From assembly GCA_041177725.1 (NCBI GenBank), contig JBEDAR010000005.1, forward strand, positions 1 through 31,255: a stretch of 31,255 nt of DNA. Direction: 5' to 3'. The notes below the pieces were generated by a model. It made no database searches. It was not told the DNA's origin and worked only from the letters and a program-made list of their open reading frames with translations. How positions within the stretch are numbered: position 1 is the first letter of the stretch; every line of letters begins with the position of its first letter. Positions 7,928-15,436 of this stretch are shown in pieces. Made by a program: the position numbers and the translations under genes. Source of the stretch: Bacillota bacterium (GTDB lineage: Bacteria; Bacillota_I; Bacilli_A; RFN20; CAG-826).

Positions 7928-9514
7928 TTATTTTTTGAGAATGGTGGATTGAATAAAAGGCACTTCAATCAGAGGATCAAGCCTTGGGAAAAGTGGCGTA
8001 GGTGAATTCACTTTTAATCCATTCACAATCGTTGGGTTCGCAATCGATTTTAAGGTTGGTTTTGCTTTGGCTCCAAGTTGGCGGAAAAATGCATCGGCGG
8101 TCGTCACTAAGATAGGTTGATAAAGTGTTCCCGCAACATAAAGCGTATAAATGAGTTGGTGCATCACCACTTGAAGGGCTTTTAGCTTAACCGGGTCTTT
8201 TGCTAAATTCCATGGTTGGGTTTCATCAATGTATTTATTTGCTCTCGCAACTAGTTGATTTACTTTGGCATAGGCTTCTGTGATAAGTAATTGATTCATC
8301 AGGGTTTGATAATCTTGAATGGTTTGACTTGTTAATGAAGACAATTGATGATCGAATTCCGAAATTGGTGCTTGAAAGTTTGGTACAACACCTTGGAAAT
8401 ATTTATTCACCATGTTAATTGTGCGATTTAATAAATTACCAAAATCATTCGCCAGATCGGTATTAATGCGTTCAATAAATTGTTCAGGGCTAAATTGACC
8501 ATCACCACCAAACACCGTTTCTCGAACGAGGTAGTATCGAACCGTGTCGACACCATATTTTTCCATGAGCGGTAATGGGTCAATGACGTTACCTTTGGAT
8601 TTAGACATCTTCGCATCCTTCATCATTAATAATCCATGCGCGAAAACCCGGTCAGGTAAGCGGAGACCTAGGGCCATTAAAAAGATGGGCCAATAAATAA
8701 CGTGAAACCGAGTAATATCGCTACCAACAATGTGAATGACTTCTGATTGTGGGTCTTTCCAAAACTTTTCGTATAATTCGGGTTTTGGACTGCCGTAACC
8801 TAAGGCGGTGATGTAATTGGTAAGAGCGTCTAACCAAACATAAACAACGTGACGAGGATCTTCTTTGACTTTCACACCCCAAGAGAAAGACGTTCTTGAA
8901 ACACAAAGGTCTGCGAGTCCGGGTTTAATAAAGGTATTAATCATTTCATTTTTTCGTGATTCAGGGGTAATAAATAATGGATTTTTTTGATAATATTCCA
9001 TCAATCGATCAGCATACTTACTCATTCTAAAGAAATAAGCGTCTTCAGCTTCTGGGTGAACTGGGCGCTTACAGTCGGGGCATAATTTCGCCTCACCAAT
9101 TTGCGTATCGGTCCAAAATGATTCACAAAACTTACAATACCAACCTTGGTATTTCGATAAATAAATATCGTCTTGCTTTAATAGTTGGCTAAAAATTTGT
9201 TGCACAACTTTTTCATGACGTGGTTCCGTGGTCCGAATAAAATCATCATAACTAATGTGCATCTTTGCCCAAAGGTCTTTGATGCCAACTACAACATCAT
9301 CGACAAATTGCTGTGGTGATTTTCCGTTTTTTTCTGCTGTTTCTTGAATTTTTTGTCCATGCTCATCGGTTCCAGTTAAAAAGTAAGTTGGAACACCGGC
9401 AAGCCTTTTGTAACGAGCAAAGACATCCGTAACGACAGTAGAGTAAGCGTGACCAATGTGTAATTTTGCACTGGGATAATAAATGGGGGTGGTAATATAA
9501 AATTTTGTTTTCAT
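7928..9514 (-). CDS. metG: Methionyl-tRNA synthetase (short form without C-terminal tRNA-binding appendix)
   Basis: FYITTPIYYPS, HIGH, GTDEHG, Zn knuckle CKFC/CPDC, YVWLDAL and KMSKS. Start placed at MKTKFY (9514) rather than the track's 9541. Confidence 0.95.
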   Translation of the reverse strand: MKTKFYITTPIYYPSAKLHIGHAYSTVVTDVFARYKRLAGVPTYFLTGTDEHGQKIQETAEKNGKSPQQFVDDVVVGIKDLWAKMHISYDDFIRTTEPRHEKVVQQIFSQLLKQDDIYLSKYQGWYCKFCESFWTDTQIGEAKLCPDCKRPVHPEAEDAYFFRMSKYADRLMEYYQKNPLFITPESRKNEMINTFIKPGLADLCVSRTSFSWGVKVKEDPRHVVYVWLDALTNYITALGYGSPKPELYEKFWKDPQSEVIHIVGSDITRFHVIYWPIFLMALGLRLPDRVFAHGLLMMKDAKMSKSKGNVIDPLPLMEKYGVDTVRYYLVRETVFGGDGQFSPEQFIERINTDLANDFGNLLNRTINMVNKYFQGVVPNFQAPISEFDHQLSSLTSQTIQDYQTLMNQLLITEAYAKVNQLVARANKYIDETQPWNLAKDPVKLKALQVVMHQLIYTLYVAGTLYQPILVTTADAFFRQLGAKAKPTLKSIANPTIVNGLKVNSPTPLFPRLDPLIEVPFIQSTILKK

Positions 9515-9530
9515 GGTTCTTATTATAAAT

Positions 9531-9563
9531 AAAAAAACCACTCTCTTCTAAGAAAGTGGTTTT
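9531..9563 (-). terminator. Intrinsic terminator downstream of rpmE
   Basis: Minus strand reads AAAACCACTTTCT-TAGA-AGAGAGTGGTTTTTTT (stem plus U tract), 12 nt after the rpmE stop. Confidence 0.75.
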
Positions 9564-9574
9564 GATGCTTTGTT

Positions 9575-9778
9575 TTACTTTTTCGCGTAACGTTTGTTGA
9601 AGCGATCGACGCGACCATCAATCTTGGTATTACGATCTTTTCCGGTAAAGAATGGGTGGCAGTTTGCGCACGTGTCAACCCGTACTTCATCAAGAATCGA
9701 TCCTGCTTCGAAGGTATTGCCGCAGCTAATGCAAGTAACTTTAACTTGCTTATAGTTTGGGTGGATGCCTTGTTTCAT
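9575..9778 (-). CDS. rpmE: 50S ribosomal protein L31, Zn-binding (C+) type
   Basis: MKQGIHPNY...TCISCGN...DTCANCHPFFTG...GRVDRFNKRY (67 aa). True start is 9778; the track extends the ORF upstream. Confidence 0.95.
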   Translation of the reverse strand: MKQGIHPNYKQVKVTCISCGNTFEAGSILDEVRVDTCANCHPFFTGKDRNTKIDGRVDRFNKRYAKK

Positions 9779-9834
9779 TGGATGTGCTCCCTTCCGCCTT
9801 AAATCTCGATTGGATTTAAAGTAAGTGCCTAAAA

Positions 9835-9863
9835 ATATTAGCATCCTTTTATGTGGGTTGCAA
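9835..9863 (-). promoter_or_regulatory. Sigma-A-type promoter of rpmE
   Basis: Minus strand TTGCAA, 17-nt spacer, TAATAT, with TG at the extended -10 position. Confidence 0.55.
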
Positions 9864-9877
9864 CGAAAAGAGCGTGT

Positions 9878-9905
9878 TTGTAAAAAAATAGTTAAGTTCT
9901 ATAAT
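9878..9905 (+). promoter_or_regulatory. Sigma-A-type promoter of the Pr6Pr gene
   Basis: TTGTAA (9878-9883), 16-nt spacer, TATAAT (9900-9905); SD AAGGAGG upstream of ATG 9930. Confidence 0.6.
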
Positions 9906-9929
9906 GAGAGAAGCAAAAGGAGGGGTTTT

Positions 9930-10619
9930 ATGAAATTAACCCTCAAGCAACATTGGCTTACCTATGTCATTCTCGCCTATGGTTTACTGTTAACTGGTGT
10001 TTTAATTGAAAAGTTTGTGGCTGACTTCCTTTTAGATCCTACCGATGATTGGTGGCGCTTTTGGTATCTGTTCACCTACCAAACCAATATCATGGTGGCC
10101 GCTTGGTCTGTCATGTATGGTTTAGGAAAAGTATTCAATTGGGAAAACGTTGTGGGTTGGTTAACCAAGAAGATTGTGGTTATCATCATCACCGTTAATA
10201 CACTCATTGTTTTTTTAATTGTTTTCTTTGTTTTGAACCCAGTTCTACAAGGTCAATGGAATCCGATTTCTAGTCTTTCAGAACTACTTAACCACAACCT
10301 ATCTACCGTATTAATGAGTATGGTTTTCTTAATGATTCCCGGGAATGGCGTCTTAAAGAACAAAACTGCTATTACGGTTTTAATTTATCCCTTCACTTAC
10401 TTTATTTTCCACACCATCATTGGTCTTAGTTTCACTTTTAAAGATGGCGCGCCTGCGTTTAATTATGGCTTTGTGAACCCAAACAATTATGACAACCTAC
10501 TTGTCTTCGTAGGAATTGTGGTGTTGTTGGTGTTGATTTTTGGTGCGATTGGTTTTGGATTAATTCAATGGAAGAATAAAATTCATCCTGTGAAGCAAAC
10601 TAAAGCTATTCGACGATAA
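9930..10619 (+). CDS. Pr6Pr family (AIG1/ADTRP-like) membrane protein
   Basis: About six TM segments with motifs FTYQTN, LLNH, YPFTY and YGFVN. ATG 9930 follows a strong SD. Confidence 0.7.
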   Translation: MKLTLKQHWLTYVILAYGLLLTGVLIEKFVADFLLDPTDDWWRFWYLFTYQTNIMVAAWSVMYGLGKVFNWENVVGWLTKKIVVIIITVNTLIVFLIVFFVLNPVLQGQWNPISSLSELLNHNLSTVLMSMVFLMIPGNGVLKNKTAITVLIYPFTYFIFHTIIGLSFTFKDGAPAFNYGFVNPNNYDNLLVFVGIVVLLVLIFGAIGFGLIQWKNKIHPVKQTKAIRR

Positions 10620-10627
10620 TTTTAATT

Positions 10628-10663
10628 AAAAAAACCGGTTCGCTGTGGACCGGTTTTTATTTT
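10628..10663. terminator. Bidirectional intrinsic terminator between convergent genes
   Basis: AAAAAAACCGGTT-CGCTGTG-GACCGGTTTTTATTTT: stem flanked by an A tract and a T tract. Confidence 0.8.
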
Positions 10664-10677
10664 GGGATCTAATTGAA

Positions 10678-11445
10678 TTAAGCGACAAAGCCTTCGTACG
10701 TTGCTTTTTCGATATCACTCAATAAATAGTCTGCTGGTACTAATGCATCAGGGTTTCTAAAGGTTATTGTTGCTTCATATACCTTATCATCACCCGAAGC
10801 GCTAATGCTAATTTCACCTTCGCTTGTGCTGGTGGTAAAAGTAATCACCACATCTAATTCACTTGGTACAAACCCAACCGTGTCTTCAAAGGACGCTAAA
10901 TCAAGGAAATTACCAACGGGTAGGGTGTAGACTTTAACGTCTTGGGTTTCTGGTTGCCCACCAATGACAAGATTTGTGGCTTGGTTATTAATAATCGATT
11001 TTGTTTCTTCGGATAAAACGGTGTTAGCAGTATCGACCGCCTCATCAAACATATCAAACGAATCAGCTTCGAAAGCATCAAAGACTTTATCGATTTGATT
11101 TGGTGTGTTCGCAAATTCGCGTTTAGCAAATAAACCACCCTCTGCATAATCATAAATAATTGTTAGGGTTCTCGTGGTTTCCACTCCTTCGTTCATCTCG
11201 GGAGAGTTGCTTACTAATTTGATACCAGTTCCAAAAAAATAAACTTCATACGTCCTGATCTTGCCATCCTCGGATAAAGTTGCTTCGACTTCATAATTCG
11301 ATGTAATGCGATTTTGATTATCGAGCGTGGGAAAGTAAAGATCATTCATCGTATTAAACACATCGGAAAAATAAGTTTGTGGTCCAAGACAACCTGCAAG
11401 CACAAGTGTGGTGGCAAATAGCGGCAACAATTTTTGAATTTTCAT
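10678..11445 (-). CDS. Hypothetical lipoprotein
   Basis: Basic N-terminus, hydrophobic core and lipobox LAGC; acidic mature domain. SD AAGGAG lies 7 nt upstream of ATG 11445 (ATG 11448 is an alternative). Confidence 0.8.
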   Translation of the reverse strand: MKIQKLLPLFATTLVLAGCLGPQTYFSDVFNTMNDLYFPTLDNQNRITSNYEVEATLSEDGKIRTYEVYFFGTGIKLVSNSPEMNEGVETTRTLTIIYDYAEGGLFAKREFANTPNQIDKVFDAFEADSFDMFDEAVDTANTVLSEETKSIINNQATNLVIGGQPETQDVKVYTLPVGNFLDLASFEDTVGFVPSELDVVITFTTSTSEGEISISASGDDKVYEATITFRNPDALVPADYLLSDIEKATYEGFVA

Positions 11446-11506
11446 CATCTTTCTCCTTTTACCCTTCGGTATGGTCATTTATATTAAACCATATATTTAA
11501 CAACTC

Positions 11507-11536
11507 AAATAAAAAATTTCTTGGAAACCAAGAAAT
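11507..11536 (-). terminator. Terminator-like hairpin in the lipoprotein/tldD intergenic region
   Basis: Perfect 9-bp stem ATTTCTTGG-(3 nt)-CCAAGAAAT (11516-11536), followed on the minus strand by TTTTTATTT. Confidence 0.6.
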
Positions 11537-11540
11537 GAAT

Positions 11541-11700
11541 AACAGATTGGCGCTGGTATCGCATTCAGTGAGAGCGGATCATATGCCGATCAAAGAAAGA
11601 GAATGGTGATGAACAACCATTCTTACCAGGCATCTTTATTAAAGCATATCCTTATATTTGCTGCCACAAGGATGCTGTAAGGATTGTGTAAAGTAAGGTT
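11541..11700. ncRNA. Candidate structured non-coding RNA (family not recognised, strand uncertain)
   Basis: Nested complementary segments form a multibranch fold (see findings). No convincing ORF; no match to riboswitch, T-box, SRP, tmRNA or RNase P motifs that I know. Confidence 0.35.
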
Positions 11701-11719
11701 TGACGCAACTAACATTTGA

Positions 11720-11748
11720 TAGTCACACTGATAAAAACTTGTTAAAAT
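11720..11748 (+). promoter_or_regulatory. Putative promoter of tldD-tldE
   Basis: TAGTCA (11720-11725), 17-nt spacer, TAAAAT (11743-11748) with extended-10 TG; SD GGAGG upstream of ATG 11773. Confidence 0.55.
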
Positions 11749-11772
11749 GAGTTTATTATTTGGAGGAATGTT

Positions 11773-13170
11773 ATGATTTCTAAGAAATTAGCGAGCGCGT
11801 TACTTCTCGAAGCGACCGCCTTTGGCGCAGATTTTGCTGAAGTCTATTTAGAAGATACCTTAAGTTCAAATCTTTCCATGGAAAATGGCAAGATTGAAGA
11901 ACGTGTTTCAACGAACGGCTTTGGTGTGGGTATCCGCGTCCTAAAAGGATTACAAAGTGCCTACGGATATACCTCGGATCTCTCAAAGAAAAGTTTAATC
12001 AAGCTAGCCCAAGATGTGGCAAAAGCTTTTTCTGGTCCACGGGTTCTCACCCCACCGCCTTTAGAAAAAGTAAAAGTGAAAGAAATTATTTACTTATCAC
12101 CACAACCAATGGAAACAATTTCCGTCAAACAAAAAATTGATTTACTGAAAATGGTCAATGATACGATGGCAAGTGTGGATAAGCGTATTGTCAGAACGAA
12201 CGTCTATCTTTCAGATATGGTTAAACAAGTGACGATTTTCAATACATTAGGAAGACATGTCGAGGACACTCGCCGTCGTGCCAGACTTTACATGATTGCC
12301 GTAGCAGCCGAAAATGGCAAAATTGAAAACTTTGGTGAAGGTCCTGGTGCTAGTGACGGTTTTGATTTCTTTACCTCAAAAATTAAACTAAAGGAAATGG
12401 CAACCGAAACGGCCAAGAGCGCAATTTCGTTATTAGGCGCTGCTGAGTGCCCATCAGGTAAAATGCCTGTGGTCATTGGTAATGGCTTTGGTGGAGTTAT
12501 TTTCCACGAAGCATGTGGTCACCCATTTGAGGCCTCAGCGGTTTCAAAGAAATTGTCTGTTTTCTGGGATAAATTAGGAAAACAAGTCGCCAATCCAATT
12601 GTGAATGCAGTTGATGATGGAACGATTCCCTTTGGTTGGGGTTCTACTAACGTCGATGATGAAGGTTTCCCAGCGCAAAAAGTTCAATTGATTAAAGATG
12701 GGGTTTTAAATAGTTTCATGATTGATCAATTTAATGGTCGCCGGATGAAAGCTGAACAAAATGGTCACTCTCGAAGACAAAATTATAAATTTGAACCAAC
12801 TTCAAGAATGACAAACACCTATATTGAAAATGGCCCGCATACGGTTGAACAAATTATTGCGGCAACTCAATACGGTCTATACGCGAAAAAAATGGGTGGT
12901 GGTTCAGTGAACCCTGCCACAGGTGAATTCAACTTCACCGTTTCGGAAGGTTATATGATTCGCAATGGCAAAATTGCGGAGGCGGTCAAAGGCGCTGCCT
13001 TGGTTGGTAAGGGTGATGAAACTTTAGCAAAGATCGACATGGTCGCGAATGACTTAGCAAGAGCCCAAGGGATGTGTGGTGCTGCTTCTGGTAGCATTCC
13101 AACCGATGTAGGTCAGCCAACCATTCGCGTCACTGAAATCACCGTTGGTGGTCGTCGAGGAGGACAATAA
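11773..13170 (+). CDS. tldD: TldD family metalloprotease
   Basis: HEXXXH-type motif FHEACGH, DDEG, RMTNT, NPATGEFNF and C-terminal Cys motif GMCGAASGSIP...GQP. Confidence 0.92.
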   Translation: MISKKLASALLLEATAFGADFAEVYLEDTLSSNLSMENGKIEERVSTNGFGVGIRVLKGLQSAYGYTSDLSKKSLIKLAQDVAKAFSGPRVLTPPPLEKVKVKEIIYLSPQPMETISVKQKIDLLKMVNDTMASVDKRIVRTNVYLSDMVKQVTIFNTLGRHVEDTRRRARLYMIAVAAENGKIENFGEGPGASDGFDFFTSKIKLKEMATETAKSAISLLGAAECPSGKMPVVIGNGFGGVIFHEACGHPFEASAVSKKLSVFWDKLGKQVANPIVNAVDDGTIPFGWGSTNVDDEGFPAQKVQLIKDGVLNSFMIDQFNGRRMKAEQNGHSRRQNYKFEPTSRMTNTYIENGPHTVEQIIAATQYGLYAKKMGGGSVNPATGEFNFTVSEGYMIRNGKIAEAVKGAALVGKGDETLAKIDMVANDLARAQGMCGAASGSIPTDVGQPTIRVTEITVGGRRGGQ

Positions 13171-13171
13171 C

Positions 13172-14497
13172 ATGGCAAAATTTGATGCTTATTTTACATT
13201 AGCAAAACAAAAGGGTGTAGAAGTTTTAGAACTATACTACTCTCGAGCCAAATCGTTGAGTTTCAAATTATATAACGCCCAAATTGAGGGTTATAAACTT
13301 TCTGAAGATATTTCACTCTATGCCCGCGGCATTTACAAAGGTAAGATTGGTTATGCTTCAACGGAAAAAATGAGTAAAGAAACACCTGAATTTTTAGTCA
13401 ATGAAATTATCACAAATGCTGGAACGGTGACTAAAGAAGAATTAGCAATTATCTTTAAAGGTTCAGCAAAGTATAAAAAGAAAAAAGTTTACAATCCTGA
13501 TATTGCTGCACTTTCGATTGATGTTAAAAAGAAAAACTTATTTGAAATCGAACGTAAATTAAAAGCAGCGGATAAACGCATCGCGCAGGTAAACGCTTGC
13601 AGTTATCAAGAACGTGAATCAGAAGCGATGCTGTTAAACTCTTATGGATTACAACTGAAGCGTAAGAGTAACTACTATTATTACTATGCCGGGGTGCTCG
13701 CAATTCAAGGCGAAGAACGTAAGAGTGAAGGTGATGTTCATTTCTCTAACGATTTAACCACCTTCAATGTGGATACCTTTGTCAATAAAATCATCGGTAA
13801 AGCCTTAATTAAATTTGGCGGAACACAATGCCCATCCAAAGATTACAAAACGGTCCTAGATAAAGAAGTTGTTGCGGATTTACTATCAGCCTATTTAGAT
13901 AATGCTTCTGCAGATGAAGTGCAAAAGAAAACCTCGTTAATGATTGGTAAACTCAATCAACCTGTTGCCAGTAAAAAAGTCACGATCATGGAAATGCCAC
14001 TGAAGAAAAATGCTTTCTTTACCTACTTCGATGATGAAGGTGTGGCCACTTACAATAAAACGGTTGTGAAAAAAGGAGTCTTACAAACTTACTTCCACAA
14101 CTTAAATACAGCACATAAAGATGGTGTTCAAACCACCGGTAATGGTTATCGTTCGGGTGGAAAAGTTGGTGTTGGATTCCAAAATATCGTTCTAAAACCA
14201 GGTCGTAAATCGCTTGAAGAACTCTTTGCCAAAATTGGTGATGGTGTATATATTACCGAAGTCATGGGTGTACATGCAAGTTTAAATCCAACATCAGGAA
14301 ACTTCTCTTTGCAAGCCAACGGCTTCATGATTGAAAATGGTAAACGCAGTACCCCATTAACCTTAATTACCGTTGCCGGTAATTTAATGGATATGTTTAT
14401 GAACGTCAAAGAAGTTGGTAGCGATAACGAATTATTATCTTCTGGCTATGACGTGCCTAGCATCTATATTAAAAAACTTACCATCGCTGGTAAGTAG
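13172..14497 (+). CDS. tldE: TldE/PmbA family protein
   Basis: FDDEGV, NPTSGNFSL, ITVAGN; no HEXXH. Follows tldD with a 1-nt gap; SD GGAGG upstream of ATG 13172. Confidence 0.9.
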   Translation: MAKFDAYFTLAKQKGVEVLELYYSRAKSLSFKLYNAQIEGYKLSEDISLYARGIYKGKIGYASTEKMSKETPEFLVNEIITNAGTVTKEELAIIFKGSAKYKKKKVYNPDIAALSIDVKKKNLFEIERKLKAADKRIAQVNACSYQERESEAMLLNSYGLQLKRKSNYYYYYAGVLAIQGEERKSEGDVHFSNDLTTFNVDTFVNKIIGKALIKFGGTQCPSKDYKTVLDKEVVADLLSAYLDNASADEVQKKTSLMIGKLNQPVASKKVTIMEMPLKKNAFFTYFDDEGVATYNKTVVKKGVLQTYFHNLNTAHKDGVQTTGNGYRSGGKVGVGFQNIVLKPGRKSLEELFAKIGDGVYITEVMGVHASLNPTSGNFSLQANGFMIENGKRSTPLTLITVAGNLMDMFMNVKEVGSDNELLSSGYDVPSIYIKKLTIAGK

Positions 14498-14516
14498 CGT
14501 ATAAACACATTAACCT

Positions 14517-14556
14517 AAAACCAACCTATTCTTTCTTGGGTTGGTTTTTTCTTTGT
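14517..14556 (+). terminator. Intrinsic terminator of tldD-tldE overlapping the 3' end of the convergent gene
   Basis: CCAACCTA-TTCTTTCT-TGGGTTGG followed by TTTTTTCTTTG. Confidence 0.6.
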
Positions 14557-14837
14557 TTAAGTAAATAAATCATTAAAAAAGATACTAAAGTGGAAAAACC
14601 GCTTCCGATGACCGAGTAAATAATGAGGACGATCCCAATTAAATCCCCCCAACTACCCGGTGTTTGTGAAGCAGAAATCATGATAACGATTGCAAAAGTA
14701 AGTCCTAGTACCAAGATACCTAGATTAGGTAAAAGTGATAAACCGACTTTATGGGTTTGTGAATAAATCCGATAAACAAGAAATTGAATACCTGCAAACA
14801 AACCAAGTGCCACGAATAGTCCTAGTAATTCTTCCAT
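14526..14837 (-). CDS. Small three-TM membrane protein (possibly YesK-like)
   Basis: 103 aa, three hydrophobic segments, basic C-tail; SD AAGGAG upstream. YesK similarity is an impression only. Confidence 0.7.
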   Translation of the reverse strand: MEELLGLFVALGLFAGIQFLVYRIYSQTHKVGLSLLPNLGILVLGLTFAIVIMISASQTPGSWGDLIGIVLIIYSVIGSGFSTLVSFLMIYLLKQRKNQPKKE

Positions 14838-15022
14838 TGTTCATTCTCCTTTGATACATTTTAACAATTGATTTAAATACAATATACAACAAGATGGGTG
14901 ATTGAAAGAAATCCATCTCATCAATAATTGAATCATCTTAAATAACCTAAATAGTGATGCGTAAGCGCACCATTGCCTATAATCCTATCTCCAACGTATA
15001 TTATATTCAAAGGAGAATATCG

Positions 15023-15436
15023 ATGAAAAAAATAACTCGTGAATTCATAACCTTTATTTCCAAAGGAAATGTCATCGATTTAGCAGTTGCTTTCATGTTA
15101 GGGACTACCTTTCAAAAAATTGTTTCCAGCCTTGTAAATCATATCTTGATGCCACTGGTTAGTTGGTTGGTTAAAACGGATTTATCACAATGGTATGTGA
15201 CCCTTCAAGAAGGAATTCCAACGCTTGAGTCTGAGTTGGGTTTCAGTAATCCACCATCGGGGTGGCAAGTGATGCCAATTCGTTTAGAATTTGGTTTGTT
15301 TATTCAGTCTTTGATTGATTTTTTGATGATTGCAATTTTATTGTTTGCAGTGATGAAATTCTTCCAACTAACGCAAAAAGTGAGAATGGAAGTTGAAAGA
15401 AAGTTGAAAGATCAAACTAAGAAAAACGCCAACTAG
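15023..15436 (+). CDS. mscL: Large-conductance mechanosensitive channel
   Basis: EFITFISKGNVIDLAVAFMLG...KIVSSLVNHILMP and G.FIQSLIDFL. ATG 15023 follows SD AAGGAG. Confidence 0.92.
   Translation: MKKITREFITFISKGNVIDLAVAFMLGTTFQKIVSSLVNHILMPLVSWLVKTDLSQWYVTLQEGIPTLESELGFSNPPSGWQVMPIRLEFGLFIQSLIDFLMIAILLFAVMKFFQLTQKVRMEVERKLKDQTKKNAN

Noticed and set aside
11379-11609. 76-aa + strand ORF in the track
   Set aside because: It overlaps the lipoprotein start antisense, has no SD or recognisable motif, and runs through terminator and structured DNA.
11595-11625. AGAGA followed by a GATG-loop hairpin, reminiscent of T-box Stem I
   Set aside because: No T-box sequence (GGTGGNACCGCG-like), no antiterminator/terminator pair, and no amino-acid gene downstream.
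11541-11720. Short similarities to known RNAs (TGCTGCC as in M-box, ATCCGCTC as in THF/SRP Alu, AGCGCC as in glmS, ATATG loop as in purine riboswitch)
   Set aside because: Each is an isolated 6-8 nt match without the other conserved elements of that family.
14890-14975. Small hairpins upstream of mscL (GATGG/CCATC; TGCG-TAAG-CGCA)
   Set aside because: Stems are short with no U tract or known motif; expected by chance in a divergent promoter region.
15050-15125. MscL gate substitutions (A and F at E. coli G22/V23 positions, Q at G30)
   Set aside because: Such variants, as far as I know, fall within normal MscL family diversity; there is no basis to claim altered gating.
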